From an uncultured Poribacteria bacterium (GTDB lineage: Bacteria; Poribacteria; WGA-4E; WGA-3G), in the NCBI GenBank assembly GCA_951813565.1, contig OX638351.1:224001-288000 (forward strand): a DNA stretch of 64,000 nucleotides, written 5' to 3'. Shown one piece after another: positions 31,262 to 42,800 of the stretch; within the stretch, counting starts at the first letter, position 1, and every line of letters begins with the position of its first letter. Below the pieces are notes generated by a model. The model searched no databases, was not told where the DNA came from, and saw nothing but the letters and a program-made list of their open reading frames with translations. Position numbers and translations under genes: made by a program.

Positions 31262-32155
31262 TTAACCATTGACTCCATTACTTTTTCGATGGATAGTAAA
31301 TTCCTGATCTCTGGGTCGACCAGACAGATATAAATTGTTATCAGGATTGACTGCTTCGGATTCGGCAAGCACCTCTGGCAAGTCAACAGGCACAGAATTC
31401 ACTTCAACTCTATCTGGATAGACATGAACTTGTCGCCACATCATCGGATAGCATATAATACCGGATGTTACAATACATAATAAACCTTGTTCTCTAAAGA
31501 CACGGTTGAGGTGTTGGTGTCCACAAAAGAAACCTAAAATATGTTTTTCAAAAGGGGCGACGATTTCGAGTATTTCAGCCGAATTTGCAATTCTTGAACC
31601 AACTCCCTGAAATTCTACACTTGGAAAAGGTAGTTGGTGAGAAAAAATGAAGATTTCTTCACCGTAATCAACGGCTTTTTTCATTTCACGTTCAACCCAT
31701 GCGAGCTGATTTGTACTGACGTATCCGTGCGTTAGGTCTTCGGGAACTTCTTGTGCATCAAGCAGAATAAATCGGATGTTTTCTTTTACGAAACTGGTAG
31801 ACCCCATGCCGTTTATGCCGAACCGCTCTATATACGAGGTTTTAGAACCGGTCTCAGGGTCGAGATCGTGATTACCGGGGATATAGTAGCACGGTGCATT
31901 TAAAAGTTCCCCCAGCTGTTGAGCAGTATTTAAAGCAACAATATATTCCTCCGCGGACATATCAAAACTTTGTCCGCCGCAAACAATATCCCCGCCATGA
32001 ACTACAAATGCAGGATCAAAAGCGTTGAGTTGTTCAATCATCTTTTCATAAAGTGCTACACTGTTTTTTTGCTGTTGTAGTCCACCCGCAAAGTTCTGGG
32101 TAGCATTAGGATAAAGATGTGTGTCTGTAATAAAAGCAAATTTAAAAGGTGTCAT
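31262..32155 (-). CDS. calcineurin-like metallophosphoesterase
   Basis: DTH, GGD, GNHD, SHQ, GHQH. Confidence 0.9.
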   Translation of the reverse strand: MTPFKFAFITDTHLYPNATQNFAGGLQQQKNSVALYEKMIEQLNAFDPAFVVHGGDIVCGGQSFDMSAEEYIVALNTAQQLGELLNAPCYYIPGNHDLDPETGSKTSYIERFGINGMGSTSFVKENIRFILLDAQEVPEDLTHGYVSTNQLAWVEREMKKAVDYGEEIFIFSHQLPFPSVEFQGVGSRIANSAEILEIVAPFEKHILGFFCGHQHLNRVFREQGLLCIVTSGIICYPMMWRQVHVYPDRVEVNSVPVDLPEVLAESEAVNPDNNLYLSGRPRDQEFTIHRKSNGVNG

Positions 32156-32892
32156 GATGAAACTCGTTTATTCAAAATTGCAACATAAGTTGGTTTGTCG
32201 GAATCAATATAGCGTTCAATTGTCCAACTTGTCCCAACGAGAATATTTTCCAGTTCTGATTTTGAAACGAATAGGTAGTCGAACCAAGGGGTGGCGTATT
32301 GTTTGTAGCGTATCCGTAGCCTTAGTTGTCCACTCATTCTACCGCGCTCTCGGTTAGATTGATGGTAAGCGAGATGGGCAGGATTTTCCGTCTGGTATGG
32401 GTCCATCGTTTCAGCGATGATTTTTCCATCATCTGTTGTCATACTCGCGAATCGCTTCAATAACCACTTTGCCCTCTTAATACTACCAAAAAGTCCGAAA
32501 TTGTGTCCCATCATAAGAATTGTATTGAATACACCAGCTTTTGCATTGAGTTGTGTTATCGGTGCTACCAAAGCGTCTTTGAGTCCTCGTTGTTGACAAA
32601 GTTTTATGGCTAAAGGGGAGATATCAGTAGCTAAGACATCATGTCCTTTTTCTTGAAGATAGAGGGAGTGTCGTCCTGCACCACACCCGATATCTAAAAC
32701 ACGTCCAGTAACATGTTCTATAGCGAGTTTTTGATGGTCTGTCCACTCTGAATACTCAGCGAAATAAGCGAGTGGTCCCAAGCGACTTATGTCAATATAA
32801 CCATCTTCTCGCTCCACGATTTCAACGCTCTGTTCTCCATTGTGATAATCGGTAAGCAGGTGTCCAAAAGCATCTTGTTTATCGGTTAACAC
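32152..32892 (-). CDS. class I SAM-dependent methyltransferase
   Basis: VLDIGCGAGRH, DISP. Confidence 0.9.
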   Translation of the reverse strand: MLTDKQDAFGHLLTDYHNGEQSVEIVEREDGYIDISRLGPLAYFAEYSEWTDHQKLAIEHVTGRVLDIGCGAGRHSLYLQEKGHDVLATDISPLAIKLCQQRGLKDALVAPITQLNAKAGVFNTILMMGHNFGLFGSIKRAKWLLKRFASMTTDDGKIIAETMDPYQTENPAHLAYHQSNRERGRMSGQLRLRIRYKQYATPWFDYLFVSKSELENILVGTSWTIERYIDSDKPTYVAILNKRVSS

Positions 32893-32912
32893 AATACTGC
32901 CTCAAATAACCG

Positions 32913-33056
32913 TAACTGTCAACTTAAGCAAAAAATTGATGGATTTCTCTTGTGGGAGGGAGACCTTGTCCGCCCGATATTACGAGATCCAATCAGTTAA
33001 ATCGGGGTTGAAAACCCCTCCTACAAGAGAGAATATACGCTCAATTGACACCTATG
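32913..33056. mobile_element. IS4-derived MITE with an internal REP pair
   Basis: TGTCAACTTAAG...AATTGACACCTATG. Confidence 0.65.
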
Positions 33057-33058
33057 CC

Positions 33059-34417
33059 CTACTGCCTCACATACCCAGTCGTACCGTTCCGCTCTGCCTT
33101 ATGTGCTTCCCAATGCTCTTCAATACCTTGTCGCCACGTTTGTGCTGCTTCTGTCAACTCAGCAGTAAGTTCTGGATGTTCGTCTTTCAAATTGGTCGTT
33201 TCCCCCATATCAGTTTCAAGGTCAGCAAGGTGCACATCATCTTCAGGAGGCGCGCCCTCTATCAATTGACCATTCAGGACTAATTTCCACTTGTCCCGAC
33301 GTACTGCAGTCTGTTTCCCCATTTCCCAAAAGATATCGGTATGAGGTGAAAACCCTCCATCAGTCACCACCCCTATTTGGCTTAATCCGTCAAGTTGATA
33401 TTTTGATAAATCTCCATCAGCAGCAGATAGAAAAGTCGGGAAAACATCCATTGCTGCACCACATAGATTAGGGTGATTTAGGACGTTGCCAGGTGGAATT
33501 TCTTTAGGCCATTTCATAATCCCTGGTGAACGGATACCGCCTTCATATAGACTAAACTTGTGTCCTTTAAGTTTACCTGCACTGCCGCCATAATATGGGT
33601 CTTGTGTGCCATCTAACCAATTTCGGGTTTCACGCGATGGTCCGTTGTCACTCTGAAAATATGAGAAGGTATTTTCAGCGATACCTTGACGCTCCAATTC
33701 AGCAAAAATTTCTCCAACACTATCGTCAACAGCACTTAGCATCGCAGCCATAATCTGTCTATCCCAAGGTAGCTCAGGAAACCTGTCTACATATTCTTGT
33801 GGGGCATGCATCGGATAATGTGGGGCATTGTAAGGCACATAAAGGAAAAAGGGTTTGTCAAGCGCAACTGCTTTTCGGATATATTTGACTGCGTATTCCG
33901 TAATCAACTCTGTAAAGTATTCACCATTTCGGTATATTTCCTCACCGTTTTCCCAAAGGTCATGGGTTTGGTCAAAATCTGGTCGTCCCAATGCCCAATA
34001 GAAGATGTGTGAATAGAAATCAATGCATCCCGCCATAAATCCGAACCAATCATCAAACCCGTGATCTTCAGGTCTTGAACCCTCTGCAAGCCCAAGATGC
34101 CACTTCCCAGACATTGCTGAGTAATAACCGAGTTCCTTCAGCGCAGTCGCAAGCGTAGGAACAGAGGGAGGCAATCCTGTTGCAGTGCGATGCCCAGCTA
34201 AGATTGATCGCACACCTGCATGGCAGGGATACCGTCCTGTCAATAACGCAGCACGAGATGGTGAACAGACAGGTGAGTTGGAGTACCAATCTTTAAAAAG
34301 GATACCTTCAGCTGCCATTCTATCCAGATGCGGTGTTTTGAAATCTGTAGCACCCATGCATGAAAGGTCACCGTAGCCTTGATCATCAGTTAAAAAGATA
34401 ATAAAATTGGGTTGCAT
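33059..34417 (-). CDS. arylsulfatase-family sulfatase
   Basis: PNF...DDQG, CSPSRAALLTGRY (CxPxR), GKWHLG, SDNG, YEGGIR. Confidence 0.93.
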   Translation of the reverse strand: MQPNFIIFLTDDQGYGDLSCMGATDFKTPHLDRMAAEGILFKDWYSNSPVCSPSRAALLTGRYPCHAGVRSILAGHRTATGLPPSVPTLATALKELGYYSAMSGKWHLGLAEGSRPEDHGFDDWFGFMAGCIDFYSHIFYWALGRPDFDQTHDLWENGEEIYRNGEYFTELITEYAVKYIRKAVALDKPFFLYVPYNAPHYPMHAPQEYVDRFPELPWDRQIMAAMLSAVDDSVGEIFAELERQGIAENTFSYFQSDNGPSRETRNWLDGTQDPYYGGSAGKLKGHKFSLYEGGIRSPGIMKWPKEIPPGNVLNHPNLCGAAMDVFPTFLSAADGDLSKYQLDGLSQIGVVTDGGFSPHTDIFWEMGKQTAVRRDKWKLVLNGQLIEGAPPEDDVHLADLETDMGETTNLKDEHPELTAELTEAAQTWRQGIEEHWEAHKAERNGTTGYVRQ

Positions 34418-34498
34418 TATTTCTCCTTCGTTCTTGAATTTGCTGTCTCTTTGAACCTGTTTACGGCACGCGGAGCGTGCCTACTACCTTTAAGTGCT

Positions 34499-36040
34499 TT
34501 AATTTTTCCAAAAACTTCTATCTAAACTCCGATATTGTATAGCCTCAGAGACGTGTACCGTTTCTATATTTGGATTTTCATCCAGATCGGCTATGGTGCG
34601 CGATACTTTCAAAATGCGGTCATAGGCTCTTGCACTCAATCCTAACTGATTGATGGCGACGCGAAGTAGGTCCTGTGCTTGCGATTCAATTGGACAATAC
34701 TCTCGGATCTGCTTGGATTCCATATTGGCGTTCGCGTGTATTGTCGTGCCATCAAAACGTTGATGCTGAATTTGGCGTGCTGCTTCCACCCGCTCACGCA
34801 CTGTTGCTGACGGTTCACCTGTGACCTCCGCCGAAAGTTCGGCATATTTCACTGCAGGCACCTCAACTTGGATATCTATCCTATCTAACAGTGGTCCAGA
34901 AATCCGAGAGACGTATGTCTGTATCTGTTTGTGCGTACATTTACACTCGCGATTTGGGTCGCTGAAAAAACCACATGGACACGGGTTCATCGCTGCAACA
35001 AGCATAAAATTGGCAGGATAGGTAAGCGATGCAGCAGCACGCGAGATCGTCACGTGCCCATCTTCCAAAGGTTGTCGCATGACTTCAAGTACGTTCCTGC
35101 GGAATTCGGGCAGTTCGTCAAGGAAAAGCACACCATTATGAGAGAGACTTACCTCACCGGGACGTGGTACATTCCCACCGCCGATTAGTCCAGCGTCAGA
35201 AATGGTGTGGTGTGGAGAACGAAACGGACGCGTCATTACCAGTGGCGTATCGCTCGGTAGAATGCCGACAATACTCTGTATTTTTGTCGTTTCTAAAGAT
35301 TCATCCATCGACAACATTGGCATAATCGAAGGAATTCGCTTAGCGATCATGGTTTTGCCGGAACCAGGTGGTCCAATCATAATAAGATTGTGTCCGCCAG
35401 CTGCAGATACCTCAACCGCACGTTTTACATGTTCCTGTCCTTTAACATCAACTAAATCGAGGAGGGATTCTGCGCCTACTTTTTCGTCGACCGTTGTGCT
35501 AAGTGTCGGAGGTTCTGGCAGTATATCTTTGGCAGAATTTAGGAATGCGGCAGCTTCCGATAGACTTTCAACGGGATAAACTTTCAACGCATCAACAATT
35601 GCTGCTTCTTTTGCGTTTTCAGCAGGTAGGATGAGATTTTGCACGCCATTCTCTTTTGCTGCAATGGCTATAGGAAGTCCGCCTTGTATGCTTCGAATGT
35701 TGCCATCAAGTGCAAGTTCACCCAATACCATCGTGTTTTCAAGGCTGCTTAAATCTACTTGTTTCGTGGCAGCCATCACACCGATGGCGATAGGCAGATC
35801 GAAAGCGGATCCAGCTTTTCGGATATCGGCAGGTGCTAAATTAGCGGTAATTCGGCTTGGCGGAAAATAAAAACCAGAATTTTTTATGGCTGCTGTGACC
35901 CTTTCCCTGCTCTCTTTAATGGCACTGTCCGGTAAACCGACGGTACTGAATGCAGGGAGACCGTCCGCCACATCTACCTCTACTTTGACAATATAAGCAT
36001 CAATTCCAAGCACTGCACTGCTGAGGACCGTTGCGAGCAT
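34499..36040 (-). CDS. comM: YifB/ComM Mg-chelatase-like AAA+ ATPase
   Basis: [45 protein letters not shown]. Confidence 0.93.
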   Translation of the reverse strand: MLATVLSSAVLGIDAYIVKVEVDVADGLPAFSTVGLPDSAIKESRERVTAAIKNSGFYFPPSRITANLAPADIRKAGSAFDLPIAIGVMAATKQVDLSSLENTMVLGELALDGNIRSIQGGLPIAIAAKENGVQNLILPAENAKEAAIVDALKVYPVESLSEAAAFLNSAKDILPEPPTLSTTVDEKVGAESLLDLVDVKGQEHVKRAVEVSAAGGHNLIMIGPPGSGKTMIAKRIPSIMPMLSMDESLETTKIQSIVGILPSDTPLVMTRPFRSPHHTISDAGLIGGGNVPRPGEVSLSHNGVLFLDELPEFRRNVLEVMRQPLEDGHVTISRAAASLTYPANFMLVAAMNPCPCGFFSDPNRECKCTHKQIQTYVSRISGPLLDRIDIQVEVPAVKYAELSAEVTGEPSATVRERVEAARQIQHQRFDGTTIHANANMESKQIREYCPIESQAQDLLRVAINQLGLSARAYDRILKVSRTIADLDENPNIETVHVSEAIQYRSLDRSFWKN

Positions 36041-36072
36041 ACGGTTGCTTCCTTTTCAAATTATTTATAATA

Positions 36073-36398
36073 ACGACTTGTGCCAGTTAACATTTTGTTT
36101 TGTTGGTTTTCACATATATTTGCATTTGTGCTATAAACATATCGTCCCTACCAAATCAACGCCAAATGCGCTAAATCAACGGTATGAATGCCTTTTGGCA
36201 TTCCCCGTATGGCATTTGTCGGGACTAAAGAGTGCTCGTCCAATCATTTTCTATAAACATATCGTCCCTACCAAATCAACGTCAAATGCGCTTATGGCAT
36301 TTGTCGGGACTGAAGAACATATAAATATATGATAATGGCTTACAAACATTTTCTTTTGTGAAATAAAGTTCTACAAACGGTTATTTAGCACAACTCGT
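36073..36398. mobile_element. MITE containing two REP-like palindromes, each with a micro-hairpin insertion
   Basis: ACGACTTGTGCCAGTT...TTAGCACAACTCGT. Confidence 0.65.
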
Positions 36399-36414
36399 AG
36401 TGTTAACTTATTCT

Positions 36415-36640
36415 TCTACTTTCTTATCAACATTTTTTCGTAGCAGTGAAATCCCCTGCTATTAGTGTATAAAAATAGATTCCACTTGCTACAAGTTCAC
36501 CCGTACTGTTCCTACCATCCCAATACGCTGCACGACCGCGACTCTGATAGATACCAGCTGCCTGATATCCCAACATTAAAGTTTTAACTATTTTACCATT
36601 TGCAGCATAAATTGTCAAACTCACTTCAGCAGGTGGGTGT
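36415..36640 (-). pseudogene. orphan C-terminal FlgD-Ig-like domain remnant
   Basis: AAYWDGRN..GE.VASGIYFYTL.AGDFTAT; no 5' part; frameshift before M-L-I-R-K. Confidence 0.75.
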
Positions 36641-36711
36641 GTAAAGTTTTTGTAGCAACTCTGATGTCCAGAGTTGTTGCGAGTTACAATAAAAATGGGT
36701 ATCCTATCCTA

Positions 36712-36868
36712 ACGTGAGTTTGATAATTAACTGGACAGGCAAAAATTGAACAGAGAACGGGCATATTTGCTGAAAAAATCGTTATTTTGGTGTTTTTAAC
36801 CCCTAAATCCCCTTATCAGAGAACTTTAAGAGGAAATGTAGAATCCTAACTATTTATCAAACTCACGT
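36712..36868. mobile_element. IS982-derived MITE
   Basis: ACGTGAGTTTGATAA...TTATCAAACTCACGT, same as the IS982 ends. Confidence 0.8.
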
Positions 36869-36918
36869 TACATTAGAAAAACAAGATGGACTCTTCGCAA
36901 ATTGAACCGATGTAACAA

Positions 36919-38638
36919 CCTACACTCCGCAGTTGTTTAATCAGATTTTGAGTATTTATGTTATACTCTTTATATCTTGCATATAAGGAGGTAATATCAT
37001 TACTCAACCTACTTTTACAACTCAGCGTTTAGATCACCTCGGCATAGTTGCCGGTGTGTGTGATCGTATTGGCTTGATAGACACGATTGATACTTTTATT
37101 GGTCCAACGAAACGGAAAGTTTCAGTGGGTGAAGCTGTGTCCGCAATGATCTTGAATGCTTTAGGTTTTGTTTCACGCCCTCTCTACTTGACACCAGAGT
37201 TTTTTGAAAATAAACCTGTAGACCTGTTGATCCGTCCTCACCTCTGTGCTGCCGATTTTACGGACGATAGTCTGGGGCGTGCCTTAGATACACTTTATGA
37301 AAATGGGGTCACTGAACTTTTTGCGACGATTGCGTCCAAGGCGTTATCAACATTTGACATAGACCATCGTTTTGTTCATCTGGATAGCACTACTTTTAGT
37401 TTTCATGGGAACTATGATACCGAAACAGATGATGAACACGCGATCCAAATCACTCACGGGTATAGTCGTGATCAGCGCCCTGATCTCAAACAAGTGGTTG
37501 TTCAACTTCTATGTTCTTATCGGTCTCAGTTCCCTGTATGGTTCAAAGCACTTGATGGAAATCAGGCTGATAAAACAAGTTTTCCTGACACGATCCGAGC
37601 GTATCTGGCTCAAATGCGTGGCAGTGATGCGCCCTATTTTGTAGCGGATAGTGCGCTTTATACTGCCCGTAACATTGCTGTGCTCAGTGATGTGCGTTTC
37701 ATTACGCGTGTTCCTGAAACACTCAAAGCTGTCAAAGAACTTTATCAAACTATCTCTACTGAAGATATGCAGCCAGCACCGCTTGAGGGGTATCGTTATC
37801 TTTCGGTGGATAGCAGCTATGGAGATATCCCGCAAAGATGGCTAATTGTTTATTCCGAAGCAGCGTATCATCGTGAAGTGGCGACTTTAGAAAAAAAGAT
37901 TGCCAAAGCACAGACTGTTGCTGAAACATCTCTCAAACGCTTGCGAAATAAATCGTTTGATACCAACTCAGCGGCTGAAGCTGCCGTGTCAGAAATATCC
38001 AAGTCTTGGAAGTATCATAAACCTTGCGTCTCCATTATCTCTGTTCCACATTACACAACATCGGGACGACCGAAAAAAACAGATAACCCCACACACTTTC
38101 GTTATCGTATTGAGGGCGAAGCTGTTGCGAATATAGAAGCGATTGAAAAACTCAAACGCAGCAAAGGCAGATTTGTGTTAGCTACCAATGAGTTAGATAC
38201 AACTTTACTTGACGATGCCACTATTCTTGAAGCCTATAAAGCACAGAACATCTCTGTGGAACGCGGTTTTCGGTTTTTGAAAGACCCTTTATTCTTTGCC
38301 AATAGTCTATATTTAGAAAAACCCCAACGGATCATGGCATTACTGATGGTGATGGGACTTTCGCTACTTGTTTATGCGCTTGCGGAACAATGGGTTCGGT
38401 TGGAATTAGAAAAACAGAAACAAACAATACCCAACCAAGTCGGTAAACCCACGCAAACCCCAACGCTCCGACGCATCTTTCAAATGTTTGAAAATATTGA
38501 CGTATTATTGATAGAACAAAACGATCATATACAACGCACTATCGTAAACCTAAATGTAATACAGTCTAAGATTATCAACATATTAGGAATAGAAGTCAAA
38601 AATGTTTATTTTCCAGATCCATAACTGCGGAGTGTAGG
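36919..38638 (+). mobile_element. IS1634-family insertion sequence
   Basis: 16-bp TIR CCTACACTCCGCAGTT; 6-bp TSD TAACAA. Confidence 0.92.
36999..38624 (+). CDS. IS1634 DDE transposase (start appears to be ATT)
   Basis: LDHLGIVAG, HLDSTTF, GYSRDQRPDLKQ, VADSALY, VERGFRFLK; AAGGAGG 7 nt before ATT. Confidence 0.88.
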   Translation: MTQPTFTTQRLDHLGIVAGVCDRIGLIDTIDTFIGPTKRKVSVGEAVSAMILNALGFVSRPLYLTPEFFENKPVDLLIRPHLCAADFTDDSLGRALDTLYENGVTELFATIASKALSTFDIDHRFVHLDSTTFSFHGNYDTETDDEHAIQITHGYSRDQRPDLKQVVVQLLCSYRSQFPVWFKALDGNQADKTSFPDTIRAYLAQMRGSDAPYFVADSALYTARNIAVLSDVRFITRVPETLKAVKELYQTISTEDMQPAPLEGYRYLSVDSSYGDIPQRWLIVYSEAAYHREVATLEKKIAKAQTVAETSLKRLRNKSFDTNSAAEAAVSEISKSWKYHKPCVSIISVPHYTTSGRPKKTDNPTHFRYRIEGEAVANIEAIEKLKRSKGRFVLATNELDTTLLDDATILEAYKAQNISVERGFRFLKDPLFFANSLYLEKPQRIMALLMVMGLSLLVYALAEQWVRLELEKQKQTIPNQVGKPTQTPTLRRIFQMFENIDVLLIEQNDHIQRTIVNLNVIQSKIINILGIEVKNVYFPDP

Positions 38639-38846
38639 TAACAAGATTTGTACACACCTATTCTTTCTTTGCTACTTGACGAAGGAAGGTTGAACGATGT
38701 GCACTGAACGAAGACGAATACGGGTGGCGACTCACGGGTGCAGAGTTTCAGAGACGACATGAGAAAAACAAAGATACGGAGTATCAAGATGAAAATCCAA
38801 AGCGGTAGTGGAAAAGATATGAGATATTGCTATAATCTTAATAGGA

Positions 38847-39857
38847 ACGTGAGTTTGATAATTAAAAACTGGTAAATAGAGAACCCCTTTGTTATTATGA
38901 AGTATACCAAATACTCACAAAGGAGTTCTCTGATGGATATCATAACACTTTTCTGTAAAATTGACGACTTTTTTCTTTTGTATGAACAATATCAAGCACA
39001 ACACCAGTTGCCAGAAATATCCGGAACAAGCAATACCCGTGGCAGACTTAGGTGTCTTCATCCGAGCGAAGTTATGACAATACTTATTTATTTTCATCAA
39101 CATAAGTGTAAAAACTTCAAAAGCTATTATCAAGAGCATGTCTGTGGCAACCTCCGTTGGGCGTTTCCAAACCTTGTCAGCTATAGTCGGTTTGTGCAGC
39201 TTGCCCAAGAGGTTTTGATGCCGTTGTCTATTCTTCTAAACACCCGTTTCGGTGAATGTAATGGGACTTCCTTCATTGGCTCAACGCCACTTCCAGTTTG
39301 CCATAATCGTCGGATTTCAGCGCATCGTGTCTTCGCTGATGGGGCAGAACGATCCAAAACCTCTATGGGATGGTTCTACGGGTTCAAACTGCATCTCGTC
39401 ATCAACGATCAAGGTGAGTTGTTGTCTGCTATGGTGACACCCGGAAACACAGATGACCGGAAACCTTTGCCACAGTTGACCAAAGGGCTATTTGGCAAAC
39501 TTTATGCCGATAAAGGGTATATCAACAAAAAGCTGCGGGATAAACTGCGGGAAGGGGGTGTGTCACTTGTTTACAAAGTGCGCAAGAACATGAAACCTGA
39601 ACCTTTGTCTCAGGCTGATGCAGCACTTTTACGAAAACGGATGCTCATTGAGTCGGTGAATAAAGAACTCAAAAGTCAGACAGAAGGACAACACACACGG
39701 CATAGAAGTCCTGTTAACTTTCAAGTGAACACAGTTGCTGCCTTGATCGCTTGGACCTGTCTGACGAAGAAACCTTCACTCAAACACAAAGAACTCCAGG
39801 AAAATGACTATCAGTTGCCAATGATATGTAACTTCTAATTATTTATCAAACTCACGT
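38847..39857 (+). mobile_element. IS982-family insertion sequence
   Basis: TIR ACGTGAGTTTGATAA; 8-bp TSD TAATAGGA. Confidence 0.93.
38933..39838 (+). CDS. IS982 transposase, probably inactive
   Basis: SEVMTI, SYSRF, GWFYGFKLH, ADKGY, IES; SFIGST in place of SFIDST. Confidence 0.88.
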   Translation: MDIITLFCKIDDFFLLYEQYQAQHQLPEISGTSNTRGRLRCLHPSEVMTILIYFHQHKCKNFKSYYQEHVCGNLRWAFPNLVSYSRFVQLAQEVLMPLSILLNTRFGECNGTSFIGSTPLPVCHNRRISAHRVFADGAERSKTSMGWFYGFKLHLVINDQGELLSAMVTPGNTDDRKPLPQLTKGLFGKLYADKGYINKKLRDKLREGGVSLVYKVRKNMKPEPLSQADAALLRKRMLIESVNKELKSQTEGQHTRHRSPVNFQVNTVAALIAWTCLTKKPSLKHKELQENDYQLPMICNF

Positions 39858-39876
39858 TAATAGGAGGTATATTTGA

Positions 39877-42800
39877 ATGGAACGCTCAAAATTGTATTTC
39901 TTTTCACTCATTTTCATGTTAATCACAGCGGGTGCTTTGATGACAGGACCTGAGGCACAACAAACCGATGAGGCCACTGAACAAAAGCGCATGATGGCAC
40001 AAGAATTCGTAAAAAAGGCACAAGAATTCGTAAAACAAAACCGAATAGAGAAAGCAATAGAAATCTACGAAAGAATTGCCAAAGCGGTACCTGAAAATCT
40101 TGAATCACGCGCGGAACTTGCAAAACTCTATGCCCGCACAAATCAACACGATAAAGCTGCTCAAATCTGGAGCGAACTGCTTGACACTGCCCCAGAAAAC
40201 TTAGCGTATCAAGATGCGCTTTTTAATAGTCTACAAGCTGCTGGCAAACTGGACGAGGCAATTGAACTCGCGGAGGCATATATCCAAACGCAACCGGAGG
40301 TTGGTGTCCATTACGCACGGCTTGCCAAACTTTATGAAGACGAGGGAAACTTAGATGCAGCCATCACCAACTATGAAAAAGCGATTGAATTAGCATACGC
40401 TGATAAACAAACTTATGTCAAACTCGCAAGACTTAATTTTCTCAATGAGGACATAGACGCTGCCGAAATAGCGTTGAGGAATGCCATTCTATCTTCCACA
40501 TCAGTCCGAGAACAGAGAGATTTGGAACGACAATTGCTTAATCTCTATCGTTTTTATGGGAATTTAGAAGAGAAGCTACAAAAGGCTGAAAATGATGGAA
40601 CAACCACTTATGAGATGCAGAAAGTACGAGCAGAATACTTTTACAAAAATGACGAATTAGAAAAATCAGTAAATGCTTATAAGAAAGCATACAACATGAC
40701 AATCAGTTCCAATGAGAAAGAAAGAATATCTGCGGACTTACTCAAGGTATATGTACAACTCGGTGAAATGGACTCTGCAATAAAACCCTATGAAACAGAG
40801 GCGAATTCGAATACAAACAGCAATACACGATCCTTTACTTCGGCAAGAATTACAGTGACTTCGGCAAGAATTGCAGCGACATATAAATTGGAGACTGAAC
40901 GCGATTCATTGATTAGTGCTTTCAAGAACCAAGATAAACTTGAAATGTTAAAAACACATTATGAGGGTAAACTTGGAAAAAATAAAGATAATCCTGTGGC
41001 ACTCATAATATTGGCAAGAATATATTGGAATGAAAAGAATTATCAAAAATCTGCTGAAATGTATGAAGCACTTGGCAAAGCAGAATCAAACGATGTCCGT
41101 TATTTTTATTATGCTGCGGCTGCATTGAAAAAAAACAATCAGCCTGAATTAGCCAAAGAGATGCTCAATCAAGCTAAACAGGCACTTGCATCCTGCAGTG
41201 AAAAAGATGATGTGTATTTTCTTGGTGCGCTCGCAACAATTTGCAGTGAAAATAGGATGTTTGAACCGGCAATTGAACTGTCTAAATCCGCGATTGATAA
41301 GAGTAATAGCGATACAGATAGTAGGATTCAAGATACTTTGCGCAATATACTTGCAAAAAGTTACCGTGAAACAAAACGTTATATTGAAGCTGTTGATATG
41401 TATCAGGAAATTGCAAACAAATCCAGAAGTGCCAGCACACGAAATATAGCAAAAAGAGCGATCCGTGAAATCTCCGGAGAACGAAAACCCAATGAAAAAT
41501 TGATCCTGCAACAACTGAATGAGGTTGAAAAGAACCCTAACGATCCCAACCTCATCTTGGAACTTGCCAAAAGTTATGAAGCTACAGATAAAATTAAACA
41601 AGCAATTGAGCAGTATCAAAAACTTACTAAACTGCAACCTGAAAATGTCCGGTGGTACATAAAGTTGGGGGATATGTTTCAAAGAGTGGATCGTCCGATA
41701 GACAAAGTAATAGAAAGCAATGCACTTAGCTTAGATGGAAATGGGAGTTATGTCGAAATCGTGGACAGCGAGACCATTAACAATATTTCCGAGCAAGTTA
41801 CGATCTCTGCATGGATCAAACCCACAGATTTTCTAAACATCTATACGACTGTGTTATTCAAAGGAGACAGACGGATTCCGGACATTTCGCATCGTCAATT
41901 CACACTTTGGTTGTTTGATGAAGGCAAAATTCTCTTTAATGTATCACCGGACGGACATCCACAGAAATTTATCTGGTCTCCGCCAGATACGATTGAAAAA
42001 AATAAATGGTACCATGTTGCGGGAACAATTGATGCTAAAAATGACATCATGAAGTTATATCTCAACGGTGCTGAAGTTGGAAGAAATGACTTTAAACAGG
42101 CGTTACATTTACGTAAAACCACACTTCCATTCCGTATCGGTTGTTCTCATGAAGAAGAAAGGTGGGATCATGCTTCTTTTATCGGACAAATTGATGAGGT
42201 GCGTGTGTGGAACATTGCACGTACTGAAAATGAAATTCGTTCCGATATGAACAAGCAGTTGAAGGGAGATGAATCCGGTTTAGTCGGATATTGGAAATTT
42301 GACGCTGAAACGCAGGGACGCACTTCCGATAGTTCACCGAATAAAAATGATGGTAAACTTATCGGAAATGCTAAACTTGAACCTTACACCCGTCCAATTT
42401 TTGGAAATGTAAAGAATGAGGACTTGAGAAAAGCAGTAGTCTATTATGAAAAAGCGATAGAACTTAATCCAAAAATATACCAATCCCGCAATCTGTTAGC
42501 AAATTTATATATAAAACTGAACCAGATATCAGATGCTGAAGCGGTATATCTCCGAGCATTAGACGCACCTTTGACACAAGCGAGGCATGATTCCTTAATT
42601 CGCGCTATCTCCAAGCTTTACGTTGACGAAGGACAAGAGCACAAACTCGTTGCTATCCTTGAAGAAATAGAACCTAAAATGCAGGAGAGTGTAGTCTTGT
42701 ACGAACTTTTAGGAGACCTCTACAATAAAATAGGTGAATCCGATAAAGCTGAACTTGCCTACGTCGAGTGGTTGCAAATGAGAGAGAAGGAAGGAAATCT

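Noticed and set aside
40000..40880. 21-nt in-frame duplications in the TPR gene (QEFVK x2, TSARI x2)
   Set aside because: These are ordinary slippage duplications with no further structure.
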